The notes beneath the pieces were generated by a model. The model did not search any database. It was not told the origin of the DNA and saw only the letters and a list, made by a program, of their open reading frames with translations. From Methanothrix sp. (GTDB lineage: Archaea; Halobacteriota; Methanosarcinia; Methanotrichales; Methanotrichaceae), in assembly GCA_963682135.1 (NCBI GenBank), contig OY821645.1, positions 1,088,001 through 1,152,000 on the forward strand: a stretch of DNA of 64,000 nt, given 5' to 3'. Of this stretch, positions 39,755 through 50,409 are shown one piece after another. How positions within the stretch are numbered: the first letter of the stretch is position 1; every line of letters starts with the position of its first letter. The position numbers and the translations under genes were made by a program.

Positions 39755-39760
39755 TAGTCT

Positions 39761-40207
39761 ATGACCTCCGGCGCCTTCGTTTCATCTTTGGACTGCTATC
39801 TGCTGGTAGATTGTCAGGACGGGAAGGTCGCCAGGATCTATTTCTCCCAGGAAATGCCCTCTGAGCCCTCCCTGCTAGCTGAAGAGATCGCCTCCCACCT
39901 GGTGTGGGGCGTGCCCTGCCCCGAAGCAGAGCTGGACATGTCCGGATGTACCGATTTTCAAAAACAGATCTACGCAATTGTGCAGGCGATACCGCGCGGC
40001 GAGACGGCGACCTATGGCCAGGTAGCTCTGCGCGCGGGCATGCCTGGGGCGGCGCGGGCCGTGGGCCGGGCCATGGCTGCAAATCCGTTCGCCATTCTCA
40101 TGCCCTGCCACCGGGTGGTCGCCAAGAAGGGCTTGGGCGGATATGCTTGGGGCAGGGAGATGAAGGAGAAGCTGCTACGCCTGGAGAGAGAAGAAGGCAT
40201 TTGCTAA
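39761..40207 (+). CDS. ogt: Methylated-DNA--protein-cysteine methyltransferase
   Basis: IPRGET.TYG, ARAVG, PCHRV. Confidence 0.92.
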   Translation: MTSGAFVSSLDCYLLVDCQDGKVARIYFSQEMPSEPSLLAEEIASHLVWGVPCPEAELDMSGCTDFQKQIYAIVQAIPRGETATYGQVALRAGMPGAARAVGRAMAANPFAILMPCHRVVAKKGLGGYAWGREMKEKLLRLEREEGIC

Positions 40208-40229
40208 TTCGAGTCCATCTGCACGAGGA

Positions 40230-40301
40230 TGCCGCCCGGAGCCAGGCATGTGGTCGGGAGCAGGCAGCGAATGTCAGTCCAAAGATTCATATCCAACCAT
40301 C
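40230..40301 (+). repeat. Right half of TA-cassette boundary repeat
   Basis: 72 bp ungapped match to 40842-40913 (11 mismatches by hand count). Confidence 0.85.
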
Positions 40302-40329
40302 TGCACAATGGTAAGAGAGGCAGATTAGC

Positions 40330-40482
40330 ATGGCACGGCCAATAGAATTGGGTTTGATCCTGGAAGGCGAAGATGCAGAAGAGTTCTTAGAGGATATCAG
40401 GAACCCCAAAAAGCCCACCAAAGAGCAGATGGAGATGTTTCGAGAAGCCATCAGGATATACAAAGAACATCCCGTTTCATGA
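40330..40482 (+). CDS. 50-aa antitoxin of a GNAT toxin (not in ORF track)
   Basis: MARPIELGLILEGEDAEEFLEDIRNPK...; ATGA overlap with GNAT fragment. Confidence 0.7.
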   Translation: MARPIELGLILEGEDAEEFLEDIRNPKKPTKEQMEMFREAIRIYKEHPVS

Positions 40483-40604
40483 AGCCTTTTCCGCTCGATC
40501 AGCTTCGGGTAGAATATCTAAGAGAGAGTCATAACATCTCGTTTTTTCATTGCAGCAATGACGACCTGAACGATTTCCTGAAGAGTGATGCAAAGAAATC
40601 CTAA
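40479..40604 (+). pseudogene. Truncated GNAT acetyltransferase toxin
   Basis: HNISFFHCSNDDLNDFLKSDA is the N-terminal F-x-C...LN-x-FL motif; stops after 41 aa. Confidence 0.7.
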
Positions 40605-40663
40605 ACATGTATCCAATAGTTTTGCAGATGCATCAAGAAGATTCCGAGAGTTTGGCATGATGT

Positions 40664-40913
40664 CAGATAGCTCGATGCCGATGGCCACGCTCGTCCCTTC
40701 TGCTCGAAGAGGCCGGGGCTAGCTTGCTCCCACACTCGCCCTGCTTTCCGGAGAACACAGATGCGTCCCAGCACGCCTCTCCCGCTCGTGCCTCACGCAG
40801 CCGCATGAGGCCGCCGCCGACCACACGCGCGCGCGGGCAGGTGCCGCCCGGAGCTGGGCCCGTGGTCAGGAGCAGGAAGCGAATGCTAGTCCAAATATCC
40901 ATATCCAATCATC
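40664..40913 (+). repeat. Full-length GC-rich TA-cassette boundary repeat
   Basis: Left part matches 41677-41803; right part matches 40230-40301. Confidence 0.8.
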
Positions 40914-40960
40914 ACTAAGATTTATATCGTTAGAGCCCTATTATTTAAGCTGGTGAGAGA

Positions 40961-41287
40961 ATGAACAACACCGTCGAGGTATCCAGAGATGTCTTTGAGC
41001 CCATAGCCTTGCTCGTAAGAGAGGGCTTATTTAAGAACGAGAAGGATGCCCTGAAATGTCTCGTTCTGGATCAAGCTGCATCGAAGATCCACCAATTCGA
41101 TTTTAAGATATCGGAGATGTGTGCCAAACACAAAATGAGCTTTGTGGATTTCAAGAGGCGCATTGAATCAAGGATTGGGGAAGAGTCCTTTGAGGAGTGG
41201 GATGACTTCATAATTTGGGAGAGCTACGAATCGGCTCGAAGCTACTGGAAAAACGTTGAAGCCAGACTTAAAGGTCTCAAGGCATGA
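40961..41287 (+). CDS. Putative antitoxin partner of DUF6516 protein
   Basis: 108 aa, ...FEEWDDFIIWE; ATGA overlap with next gene. Confidence 0.65.
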   Translation: MNNTVEVSRDVFEPIALLVREGLFKNEKDALKCLVLDQAASKIHQFDFKISEMCAKHKMSFVDFKRRIESRIGEESFEEWDDFIIWESYESARSYWKNVEARLKGLKA

Positions 41288-41631
41288 AAGCCCAGGAGAT
41301 TCTCGATGTCCTTTCAAATAGCGACATTGTTCTCGATCTCGCAATAATCGTATTAGTCCAAGAGCCAGGGAGACAAGCATTGCGTGCCATAGCCTCATTG
41401 AAGGGAGGATATGTTCTCCATATCAATGAGTCTCACGGTAGGGACTTCAGAAGCTACTCATACCACGTGAGAAAAGGCGAAAAAATGGTGCAAAGATGGG
41501 ATAATGCACCCCATTGGCTCAATATGAAGACCTTTCCGCATCACCTTCATCTTGGCAGTGAAAAGAATGTTTTTGAGTGCCGTGAAGTCTTCGTCAAGGA
41601 CGTATTAGATGAGATGAAGAAGATAATATAA
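41284..41631 (+). CDS. DUF6516 (TumE-like) putative toxin
   Basis: YSYH...RWDNAPH...TFPHHLH. Confidence 0.75.
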   Translation: MKAQEILDVLSNSDIVLDLAIIVLVQEPGRQALRAIASLKGGYVLHINESHGRDFRSYSYHVRKGEKMVQRWDNAPHWLNMKTFPHHLHLGSEKNVFECREVFVKDVLDEMKKII

Positions 41632-41676
41632 AACACAAGACTCTGATCCATTTTAGCGATCCAGTTCGATTCGATA

Positions 41677-41803
41677 CAGATAGCATTGACCGTCCCACTG
41701 TCAGGTTTGGCGAGCTGGCTCGCCTCAACTTGCCTGCTTTGCGGTGAATGCAGGGGCTCCTGATCACGCCCTCCCGCGACTGCTCGTGGCTGCCCACTCA
41801 CGC
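41677..41803 (+). repeat. Left half of TA-cassette boundary repeat (diverged)
   Basis: CAGATAGC, CGTCCC, AGCTKGCTC, CCTGCTTTSCGG.GAA, CACGCC, CTCCCGC, CTCACGC shared with 40664-40799. Confidence 0.65.
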
Positions 41804-41862
41804 TCGAACCGAATGGAGCCGCACGGACTGAGTGAGTCAAAATATTACGAGGTACTTGCTCC

Positions 41863-42864
41863 TCACGTCTTTTCGGCAGAAGTCGTTGAATGGCTGAGAT
41901 TTATGGTCAATTCGCCGATGTTCATGATGTAGTCAAGCATGCGCTCCAGACTGCTGGCCAGGACCAGTCGAACCACCATCTCAGATTTGTCTTTGCTGTC
42001 TGATGAATTGGCTATTCCCTCGGCATGCTTCTGGATCTCCCTGATCCTGTCGATGAGCTCATTGGCCTTGTTGGAGTTGGTCTGCAGCAAATAGGATATC
42101 GAGTCGTCAAGCAGGCCGCACAGCAATGACTCCATGCGCAAAAGCTCCTCTTTCAAGTCTTCCGGCAGGTTGTAGCTTCGCTGGCTGGCAATCTCAGCAA
42201 TGCGATGGGCATGGTCAGCTATGCGCTCCAGGTTGGATGACGCCTGCATATAATTGAAGGCGGTGATGGGATTGAGCGTCTCTTGCTTTACAGAGCCCGA
42301 TCTCAGGATCTCGGTGAACTGGCGGGCGATGAGAAGATTGAGCCGGTCCACATCATTGTCCCTCTGGATCACATCCGCCGCCAGCTCCTCGTTATTATTC
42401 AGAAGGCTGGAGAGCGAATCGGATATCATGGATTTCACTACGGTTCGGATTCGCTTCAAGGCCCGCTCTGATTGAAGTTCCTCGGAGCTTAACAGGTCCT
42501 GAATGACCACCTTGTTAATGGTCTCCTCCAAAATCTCGGGGCCGATGAGCTTGTTGACGATCTGGTGCAGATCCTTTTTCTGCATAGAGGACATATGCCC
42601 GGATGTAACCTCAATGGTTCTATAGCCGCCCACATAGCATCCGATGATATCTCTTATAAGGTGTTCTCCCATTTTGTCGCCGATATCCAGGCGCACTCGC
42701 ATGTCTCGCTCCGAGCGATCTGTGGACAATGTGAGGGCCCCATTATCTCCCTGATTGATGTAAATTATGCAGCCGGCGGAAATGCCGTTCTTGGTCGCCC
42801 AGCTCTTGGGAAGTGAGACGATAAATGTCGACTTGCCGGTCCGCTGCACCTTTCGTGTGTCCAT
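41863..42864 (-). CDS. Phosphate uptake regulator (AbrB + PhoU domains)
   Basis: RKVQRTGKSTFIVSLPKSW, RDNDVDRL, LERIADH. Confidence 0.9.
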   Translation of the reverse strand: MDTRKVQRTGKSTFIVSLPKSWATKNGISAGCIIYINQGDNGALTLSTDRSERDMRVRLDIGDKMGEHLIRDIIGCYVGGYRTIEVTSGHMSSMQKKDLHQIVNKLIGPEILEETINKVVIQDLLSSEELQSERALKRIRTVVKSMISDSLSSLLNNNEELAADVIQRDNDVDRLNLLIARQFTEILRSGSVKQETLNPITAFNYMQASSNLERIADHAHRIAEIASQRSYNLPEDLKEELLRMESLLCGLLDDSISYLLQTNSNKANELIDRIREIQKHAEGIANSSDSKDKSEMVVRLVLASSLERMLDYIMNIGELTINLSHSTTSAEKT

Positions 42865-42872
42865 AAATAGCC

Positions 42873-43532
42873 CTAGTTGAGATGTTCTCTTTTTGCTTCC
42901 ACCATATAGACGATGGTCTCACAAATATTGCAGATATGATCGCCGGTCCTTTCCAGATGTCTGTTCACCATGAGCAGAGCCGTTCCCTCGTTGATCACTT
43001 CGGGTCTCTCTATAATTATCTTCAGGAGCTTGGTTCTGGCTTTGACGTACAGCCCGTCGATTTCATAATCCCATTTGGTAACCTGCCTGGCCAGATCGGC
43101 ATCGCTATTCATGAGGGCCTCCATGGACCCTTCGAGCATCTTTTTGCAGATCTCAGCCATGCGGGGGATATACTCCAGCTTTGTTATCTGGATCTTATTT
43201 TGCGATTGCGTGGTGACTCTTGCTACATCTACCGCCAGGTCGCCGATCCTCTCCAGATCTATGCCGATCTTCAGTATGCCTATAATGCGTCTGAGGTCCT
43301 TGGCCATCGGTTGCTGCAAGGCCAGAAGCTCCATGCATAAATTCTCTATCTTCAGGCCAAGGTCGTCCATTTCTTGATCGTGTTTGATGACATCTCTCGC
43401 CAGATCTATATCACAATCACGCAAAGCTAATACGGACTTGTCTATAGCTTCGCCACCTCGAATTGCCTGATCTTTTGTGAGATTCTTCAGCTCTTTCAGA
43501 TCTCTGTGATACCGCTCTCGATACGGGCTCAT
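42873..43532 (-). CDS. phoU: Phosphate signalling protein PhoU
   Basis: QQPMAKDLR, LERIGD, LERTGDH..NI.E. Confidence 0.93.
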   Translation of the reverse strand: MSPYRERYHRDLKELKNLTKDQAIRGGEAIDKSVLALRDCDIDLARDVIKHDQEMDDLGLKIENLCMELLALQQPMAKDLRRIIGILKIGIDLERIGDLAVDVARVTTQSQNKIQITKLEYIPRMAEICKKMLEGSMEALMNSDADLARQVTKWDYEIDGLYVKARTKLLKIIIERPEVINEGTALLMVNRHLERTGDHICNICETIVYMVEAKREHLN

Positions 43533-43579
43533 CCTACCACTCCTCTAAGCCGGTTGCTATTCATTTCCTGCCAAATCCT

Positions 43580-44326
43580 TTAGCCGAATCTTCCTGTGAT
43601 ATAATCTTCCGTGCTCTTTATTTTCGGCATCTCAAAGATGTGTCTTGTCTTTCCCACTTCGATAAGCTCGCCCAGCAAGAAGAAGGCCGTGCAGTCGGAT
43701 ATCCGAGCAGCTTGCTGCATGTTATGGGTCACAATCACCTGGGTATAGTTGTCTTTTAGAATCTCCATAAGGCTCTCGATCTTTCCGGTAGAGATGGGAT
43801 CCAGCGCACTGCAAGGTTCATCAAATAAAATGACATCAGGCTTCATGGCCAGTGTCCTGGCGATGCACAGTCTCTGCTGCTGACCACCGGATAGGCCCAT
43901 GGCCGGCTGGTCCAGCCTCTCGCTGACCTCTTCCCAGAGAGCAGCATCCAACAGACTGCGCTCTACAATTTTGTCGACATTTTTCTGCCCATGAATTCTA
44001 GGGCCATAGGCAATGTTATCGTAGATGGACATAGGAAAAGGATTGGGCTTCTGGAATACCATGCCGATCCGCTTGCGCAGTTCCACGACATCGACATCCT
44101 TTCCATAAATATCTATATCGTCATAGAGAACCTGGCCCTCAATGCGAATGTTTGTGACAAGATCGTTCATCCGGTTCAGACAGCGGATAAAAGTCGACTT
44201 GCCGCAGCCCGAAGGGCCAATTAGGGCTGTAATTTTTTTCTCAGGAATCTCCAGGCTTATATCCTTGAGAGCTTGCTTTTCTCCGTACCAGAGATTTAGA
44301 TTATTTGAGATGATCTTCGATGTCAC
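43580..44326 (-). CDS. pstB: Phosphate ABC transporter ATPase
   Basis: [37 protein letters not shown]. Confidence 0.96.
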   Translation of the reverse strand: MTSKIISNNLNLWYGEKQALKDISLEIPEKKITALIGPSGCGKSTFIRCLNRMNDLVTNIRIEGQVLYDDIDIYGKDVDVVELRKRIGMVFQKPNPFPMSIYDNIAYGPRIHGQKNVDKIVERSLLDAALWEEVSERLDQPAMGLSGGQQQRLCIARTLAMKPDVILFDEPCSALDPISTGKIESLMEILKDNYTQVIVTHNMQQAARISDCTAFFLLGELIEVGKTRHIFEMPKIKSTEDYITGRFG

Positions 44327-44389
44327 CGCATATCCCTTTTAGACGTCGTTCGCTACTGGTATTTGCTATTTGGCTATGATCGAGAGATG

Positions 44390-44426
44390 ACTATATAGAA
44401 CTTCCTATATAGACTATATATATGTC
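44390..44426. promoter_or_regulatory. Triple CTATATA(G) repeat in pstB/ths divergent promoter
   Basis: CTATATAG at 44391 and 44405, CTATATA at 44414. Confidence 0.45.
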
Positions 44427-44519
44427 ATGCTGCATACAAATATGGCTTCTGATCAGGCGAATCTTTTATATAGAACTTCAAACTGGTAGTATGAAAAAAA
44501 GTCGGGGAGGACTATAGGT

Positions 44520-46160
44520 TTGGCAGGTTTGAGCGGCGTACCGATAATTATACTAAAAGAAGGAAGCAAACGAGAGACAGGTAAAGAAGCGCAGCGCAGG
44601 AACATCTTAGCTGCAAAGGCGGTCGCAGAGGCTGTTCGGACCACCCTTGGACCCAAAGGGATGGACAAGATGCTCGTCGCCGGCGAAGAGGCAACCATCA
44701 CCAATGACGGAGCCACCATTCTCAGAGAGATGGATATTGAGCATCCAGTGGCCAAGATGATCGTCGAGGTGGCAAAAGCCCAGGACGACGAGATCGGAGA
44801 CGGCACCACTACAGCGGTGATAATCGCGGGCAAGCTGCTGGAAAAAGCCGAAGCGTTGCTGGATTCGGATGTCCACCCCACAGTCATCGTGCAGGGATAT
44901 AAGCAAGCTGCAGCCAGGGCGCAGGAAGTGCTTTCTTCCATGGCTATTGACGTCTCAGGCGACGAGAGCGTGCTGCTAAAGATTGCCCAGACAGCCATGC
45001 GAGGAAAGGGCATTGAGATCGCCATGGATAAGCTGGCAAAAATCTCAGTGGATGCTGCACGTGCCGTAGCTGGTTTTGAGGGCAAGGACATTGAAGAAAA
45101 TGTCAAGATCGTCCTCATTCCGGGCGGCAAAATAGAGGACTCGGGTCTTAACTACGGCATAGTAATCGAGAAAGAGAGAACATCCCTGGAGATGCCTAAA
45201 AGCATAGCTGCAGCCAAGATCATGCTCCTGGAAGGCACTCTCGAACTAAAGAAGCTGGATACGGATGCCAAGATCACTATAACAGAGGCCAAGAATCTCG
45301 CCGGCTTTAGAGAGGGCGAAGAGGCGGTCATCAAGTCTCAGGTTGATGCCATTGTCGCAGCAGGAGCTAATGTTGTCTTCTGCGAGAAGGGCATAGGTGT
45401 TACAGCCCAAAACTATCTGGCAAGGCTGGGAATTCTGGCTGTTCGCCGGGTTAAGAGAGAGGATCTGAAGATGCTGGCCTTGGCTACAGGGGCAAGGCTG
45501 GTAGGCGACGTGATGGTCGTCACTGCCAAGGATCTGGGATCGGCAGCTCTTGTGGAAGAGCGCAAGATCGGCAAAGATAAGCACATGATCTTCGTGGAGG
45601 GCTGCGAGAAGGCCAAGGCGGTATCCATCATCCTGCACGGTGTCTCGGAGCAGTTCTTAGAAGAGATGGAGCGCGCCCTGGATGATGCCCTCAATGTGGT
45701 AATGGACGTAATTCGCTCCGGAAAGATTGTGCCCGGCGGAGGCGCTCCGGAGATCGTTGTGGCCGAGAACCTGAGACAGTATGCTTCCACCCTGGAAGGG
45801 CGAGAGCAATTGGCTGTCAGGGCCTTTGCCGATGCAGTGGAGTCCATCCCCCTGACTCTGGCTGAGAACTCGGGTTTCGATCCAGTGGACAGCTTAGCGG
45901 CTCTGAGGGCCAAGAGCGGTCAGGGCATGAAGAACTTCGGGCTGAACTTGATAACCGGCCAGCCCGCAGATATGCTGGCTCTGGGCATTGTGGAGCCGTT
46001 AAAAGTAAAGACACAGGCCATAAAATCTGCAACTGAAGCTGCCACCATGGTTTTGCGGGTAGATGATGTCATTGCAGCCAAGAGAGAAGAGATGGCACCC
46101 AAGCCCGGTCAGAGCCCGCATGACTACACCATGCCTCCTATGCAGATGCCTCACTACTAA
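44520..46160 (+). CDS. ths: Thermosome (group II chaperonin) subunit, second paralogue
   Basis: [22 protein letters not shown]; TTG start. Confidence 0.95.
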   Translation: MAGLSGVPIIILKEGSKRETGKEAQRRNILAAKAVAEAVRTTLGPKGMDKMLVAGEEATITNDGATILREMDIEHPVAKMIVEVAKAQDDEIGDGTTTAVIIAGKLLEKAEALLDSDVHPTVIVQGYKQAAARAQEVLSSMAIDVSGDESVLLKIAQTAMRGKGIEIAMDKLAKISVDAARAVAGFEGKDIEENVKIVLIPGGKIEDSGLNYGIVIEKERTSLEMPKSIAAAKIMLLEGTLELKKLDTDAKITITEAKNLAGFREGEEAVIKSQVDAIVAAGANVVFCEKGIGVTAQNYLARLGILAVRRVKREDLKMLALATGARLVGDVMVVTAKDLGSAALVEERKIGKDKHMIFVEGCEKAKAVSIILHGVSEQFLEEMERALDDALNVVMDVIRSGKIVPGGGAPEIVVAENLRQYASTLEGREQLAVRAFADAVESIPLTLAENSGFDPVDSLAALRAKSGQGMKNFGLNLITGQPADMLALGIVEPLKVKTQAIKSATEAATMVLRVDDVIAAKREEMAPKPGQSPHDYTMPPMQMPHY

Positions 46161-46246
46161 AGAAATGAGGGACCAAAAAAGGGACCGGCAAAAGCCGGCC
46201 TATTCCTCCCTGTGATTTCGATTTGGCCAAACTTTGGGTGGATATT

Positions 46247-46735
46247 ATGGCGGATGCTGATGAACAATCTGAAACGAAGACGGATACTTCAGGCATGAAT
46301 GTCGAGGAGCTACAACAGCAGCTCACTTCTGCCCAGAGCTTGGCGGAGGAGCGGCTCGACCTCTTGATGCGTTGTCGGGCGGATCTGGACAATATCATGA
46401 AAAGATCGGCCCGTGAGAAGGAAGCTAATGTAAAATACGCCTCTGAGAAGCTCGCATCAAAGCTTCTTCCTGTGCTTGACAGTCTGGAAGCTGCTGCAAA
46501 GCATGAAGAAGGCTGCAAGGCACTCTACATTCAATTGCTCGATATACTATCAGGAGAAGGGCTCATGCCTATTGTTGCAAAAGGGATGAAATTTGATCCC
46601 TATCGCCATGAGGCTCTCTTTCAGATCGAGAGCAAAGATCTGGAAGAAGGTATTGTAGCAGAAGAGATACAGAAGGGTTATCTGTTCAATTCCCATGTCA
46701 TCCGCTTCTCAAAAGTTGCGGTGGCGAAAAGATAA
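46247..46735 (+). CDS. grpE: Nucleotide exchange factor GrpE
   Basis: ADLDN..KR, LLPVLDSLE, FDPYRHEA, QKGY...VIR. Confidence 0.92.
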   Translation: MADADEQSETKTDTSGMNVEELQQQLTSAQSLAEERLDLLMRCRADLDNIMKRSAREKEANVKYASEKLASKLLPVLDSLEAAAKHEEGCKALYIQLLDILSGEGLMPIVAKGMKFDPYRHEALFQIESKDLEEGIVAEEIQKGYLFNSHVIRFSKVAVAKR

Positions 46736-46781
46736 AATAATCGCCAAGTTGTGATAACTTTCAAATTCAGGAGATGAGATC

Positions 46782-48647
46782 TTGTCAAAAATTATCGGCA
46801 TTGACCTTGGAACCAGCAACTCGGCGGCTGCAGTTCTAATCGGCGGCCGACCCACCATAATTCCCAGCGCAGAAGGGACAAGCATCGGCGGCAAGGCGTT
46901 TCCATCCTACGTGGCCTTTACCAAGGAAGGCCAGGTTCTGGTTGGCGAGCCGGCCAAGAGACAATCAGTCACCAATCCCGACGGCACGGTCACGGGCATC
47001 AAACGCAAGATGGGCACGGACTACAAAGTGAGGGTCCACGGAAAGGAGTACAGCCCGGAGGACATATCTGCTCAGATCCTGCGCAAGATCAAGACGGATG
47101 CTGAAACCTATCTGGCCGATACCGTAGACAAAGCCGTGATTACCGTTCCGGCTTACTTTAATGATAATCAGAGGCAGGCGACCAAGGATGCAGGAACCAT
47201 CGCCGGCCTGGAAGTAGTTCGCATCATCAATGAGCCTACGGCTGCAGCTCTGGCCTTTGGCCTCGATAAGGTAGGCGAGCATAAGATCCTGGTCTTTGAT
47301 TTGGGCGGCGGCACACTGGACGTCACCATCATGGAGATAGGCGAGGGGGTCTTCGAGGTCAGGTCCACCTCCGGCGACACTCAGCTGGGCGGCAGGGACA
47401 TGGACGAAAGGCTGACCAACTTTGTCCTGGCCAAATTCAAGCAGGATTCGGGCATTGACCTGAAGGGCGACTCCATGGCCATGCAGCGCCTGAGAGAAGC
47501 AGTTGAGGTTGCCAAGATTGAACTGTCCAGCGTGATGCAGACGAACTTGAATCTGCCTTACATCACGGCAGACGCCAGCGGCCCCAAGCACCTCTCCATG
47601 ACACTGGACCGCTCCAAGCTCGATGAACTGGTCCGGGATGTCATTGAACGCTGTCGCGGTCCCATAACTCAGGCCATGCGGGACAGCAAGCTGGAGAAAG
47701 CCGATATCGGAAAGATCATATTGGTAGGCGGCCCCACTAGAATGCCTATTGTGCAGGAGTTCGTCAAGGGCTTCATGGGCAAGGAGATAGAGCGAGGCGT
47801 GGACCCCATGGAATGCGTAGCTATGGGTGCGGCCATTCAGGCAGGCGTTCTGGGCGGTGAGGTCAAGGATCTGCTCCTATTGGACGTAACACCTCTCTCC
47901 CTGGGCATTGAGACCCTAGGCGCAGTCACCACCAAGCTGATTGAGAGAAATACCACCATTCCTACTCGCAAGAGCCAGATTTTCACCACGGCTGCAGACA
48001 ACCAGACCAGCGTTGAGGTCAATGTGCTTCAAGGAGAGAGGCCCATGGCCAAAGACAACGTCTCTTTGGGAAGGTTCACATTGGTGGGCATACCCCCGGC
48101 TCCTCGCGGCATTCCTCAGGTAGAGGTCACATTCGACATAGACGCCAACGGCATCATTCATGTCTCGGCCAAGGATCTGGCCACCAAGAAGGAGCAGAAT
48201 ATGACCATTACTGCGCCTCACAAACTGAGCAAGGATGAGATCGACTCCAAGATCAAAGACGCAGAGCGTTTTGCTGCCGACGATCTGAAGAGGAAGGAAG
48301 AGATCGAGGTCAAGAATGCGGCTGATTCTCTGGTCTATGCTTCTGAGAAGATGCTCAAAGATGCTGGCGATGTGGCCACTGCCGAGCAGAAGGAGAAGAT
48401 CGAGAAGGCCATTGCCGACCTGAAGAACGCTCAGACGGGCGGTGAAATTTCCGAGATCAAGGCCAAGACCGAAGGATTGCAAAATACCATATACGAGCTG
48501 TCGGCGGCCATGTACCAGAAGGCTGCACAGGAGCAGCAGGCCAAGCAACAGGCTTCAGAGGGTGCGGGGCAAGAGCAAACCTCTGGGCAAGGGCAGTCGG
48601 ATCAGACTGTAGATGCCGACTACGAAGTAGTAAACGACAAAAAGTAG
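46782..48647 (+). CDS. dnaK: Chaperone DnaK
   Basis: [27 protein letters not shown]. Confidence 0.97.
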   Translation: MSKIIGIDLGTSNSAAAVLIGGRPTIIPSAEGTSIGGKAFPSYVAFTKEGQVLVGEPAKRQSVTNPDGTVTGIKRKMGTDYKVRVHGKEYSPEDISAQILRKIKTDAETYLADTVDKAVITVPAYFNDNQRQATKDAGTIAGLEVVRIINEPTAAALAFGLDKVGEHKILVFDLGGGTLDVTIMEIGEGVFEVRSTSGDTQLGGRDMDERLTNFVLAKFKQDSGIDLKGDSMAMQRLREAVEVAKIELSSVMQTNLNLPYITADASGPKHLSMTLDRSKLDELVRDVIERCRGPITQAMRDSKLEKADIGKIILVGGPTRMPIVQEFVKGFMGKEIERGVDPMECVAMGAAIQAGVLGGEVKDLLLLDVTPLSLGIETLGAVTTKLIERNTTIPTRKSQIFTTAADNQTSVEVNVLQGERPMAKDNVSLGRFTLVGIPPAPRGIPQVEVTFDIDANGIIHVSAKDLATKKEQNMTITAPHKLSKDEIDSKIKDAERFAADDLKRKEEIEVKNAADSLVYASEKMLKDAGDVATAEQKEKIEKAIADLKNAQTGGEISEIKAKTEGLQNTIYELSAAMYQKAAQEQQAKQQASEGAGQEQTSGQGQSDQTVDADYEVVNDKK

Positions 48648-48665
48648 ACTACAGGGAAATAAGAT

Positions 48666-49847
48666 ATGCCGGATAAGAAGGACTACTACGAGGTTCTGGG
48701 AGTACCCAAGGATTCGAGCGAGAAGGACATCAAGGGAGCTTATCGCAAGCTTGCCATGAAGTACCATCCCGACAGATCGGAAGAGCCCGATGCTGAAGAA
48801 AAATTCAAGGAACTATCCGAGGCCTATGCAGTCCTCTCGGATCCGGAAAAGCGACAGAAGTACGACCAGTTCGGTCACGCTGGAATCAACAGCCAGTACT
48901 CGCAAGAGGACCTGTTCCGCGGGGTAAACTTCGAGGATCTGTTGAGGGGCTTTGGCTTTGGCGGTGCCGGAGGCGGTGGCCGAGGTGGCGGCGAAGGCAT
49001 CTTTGATATGTTCTTCGGAGGCGGCGGCCGGGGCCAGCAGGCGCGTGGCCGGGATCTGCGTTACGATATAAACATCACATTAGAGCAGGCGGCCACCGGT
49101 CTGGAATCAACCATCGAGGTGCCTCGTACCGAGAATTGCTCCACCTGCCATGGCAGCGGAGCCAAGCCCGGTACCAGCCCCACCACCTGCAGCAACTGTC
49201 GGGGCACCGGCCAGATCACCCGCGCCCAGAACACTCCCTTCGGACAGATGGTCACCTCCTCGGCCTGTCCCAAGTGCGGTGGCAGGGGGCAGATTATCGT
49301 CACTCCTTGCGCAGATTGCTCCGGCTCTGGGAGGGTGCGAAAGAACCGCAAGATCAACATCAAGGTTCCGCCGGGCGTGGAGGACGGCCAGCACCTCAAG
49401 CTGCGTGGTCAGGGAGACGCCGCAGGAAAGGGAATGGAGAACGGAGACCTTTATGTGGTCATAAATGTCCGGCCCCATCCCCTGTTTCAGAGGGTGGAGA
49501 GCGATCTGCTCTTGGAGACGCCCATCAGCTTTACCCAGGCAGCTCTGGGCACCGAGCTGGAGGTCCCCACGTTAGGCGGGCGGGCCAAGATGAAGGTGCC
49601 GGCAGGGACGCAGACGGGAACCGTCTTCCGGCTGAGGGGAAAGGGCATGCCCAGGCTGCAGGGCCTGGGTGCAGGCGATCTGCATGTCAAGGTTAGGATC
49701 AAAACGCCTTCTTCTCTGACTGACCGGCAAAAGCAGCTCTTAGAAGCGCTGGCAGGGGAGTTTGGCGAGATGAAAAAGAAGCAGACTGAGAAAGAGAAGA
49801 GCCTCATCGACAAGATCGTGGATGAGGTGAAGAGTGCTGTGCAGTAA
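48666..49847 (+). CDS. dnaJ: Chaperone DnaJ
   Basis: HPD J-domain, G/F region, four CxxCxGxG. Confidence 0.97.
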   Translation: MPDKKDYYEVLGVPKDSSEKDIKGAYRKLAMKYHPDRSEEPDAEEKFKELSEAYAVLSDPEKRQKYDQFGHAGINSQYSQEDLFRGVNFEDLLRGFGFGGAGGGGRGGGEGIFDMFFGGGGRGQQARGRDLRYDINITLEQAATGLESTIEVPRTENCSTCHGSGAKPGTSPTTCSNCRGTGQITRAQNTPFGQMVTSSACPKCGGRGQIIVTPCADCSGSGRVRKNRKINIKVPPGVEDGQHLKLRGQGDAAGKGMENGDLYVVINVRPHPLFQRVESDLLLETPISFTQAALGTELEVPTLGGRAKMKVPAGTQTGTVFRLRGKGMPRLQGLGAGDLHVKVRIKTPSSLTDRQKQLLEALAGEFGEMKKKQTEKEKSLIDKIVDEVKSAVQ

Positions 49848-49973
49848 CGTTTTCTTCCTCTTTACTCTTCTTCCGGGGCAATTTTTTCTCAATCCCAATC
49901 CTTATACGCTGAGAAGTCGCTAATTATTACTGATTGATCAATATAGATCAGTATGCATGTGGATGTGATTGCC

Positions 49974-50357
49974 ATGAGAATCGAATTGCTAGTCTTTGGG
50001 ATTTGCCTGATTTCGTTGGCTGCTCCGGGATACGCCACACTTCCCAGCGATGCACAGGTCATAAATCTGGACGAGAGTGTGGTGGGCTACGCTCCGGGCG
50101 CTTATTATAAGGTAGAGATTTCCTCACCGGCAACTCTGCAGGTCATTTTAGAGGAAGTGCCGGCGGAGATGCAGACCAGGGTCGCCATCATAAATGAGGA
50201 AGGCAACTGGCTTGCCAGCGAAGACACGACAAGTCCCGGTGAGAAGATGACGGTGGAGGCCAATGCAGACGTCCCAGGTTGGTATTACATCGCCATCTTG
50301 GAGCTAAATGGGAAGACTCTTGCTGATCCCTATTCATTCCGGGTTGTCATGATGTAA
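49974..50357 (+). CDS. Secreted PPC-like beta-sandwich hypothetical protein
   Basis: Signal peptide; YYKVEI...PGWYYIAI...PYSF. Confidence 0.5.
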   Translation: MRIELLVFGICLISLAAPGYATLPSDAQVINLDESVVGYAPGAYYKVEISSPATLQVILEEVPAEMQTRVAIINEEGNWLASEDTTSPGEKMTVEANADVPGWYYIAILELNGKTLADPYSFRVVMM

Positions 50358-50409
50358 TTGAACCTGCGTGAGGATGAAATCGGGATAAAAAAGCAAAAAT
50401 AGAGGTTGT

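Noticed and set aside
2585-41830. CRISPR interpretation of the repeats
   Set aside because: Repeats are long and degenerate and are separated by genes, not 30-40-nt spacers; no cas genes
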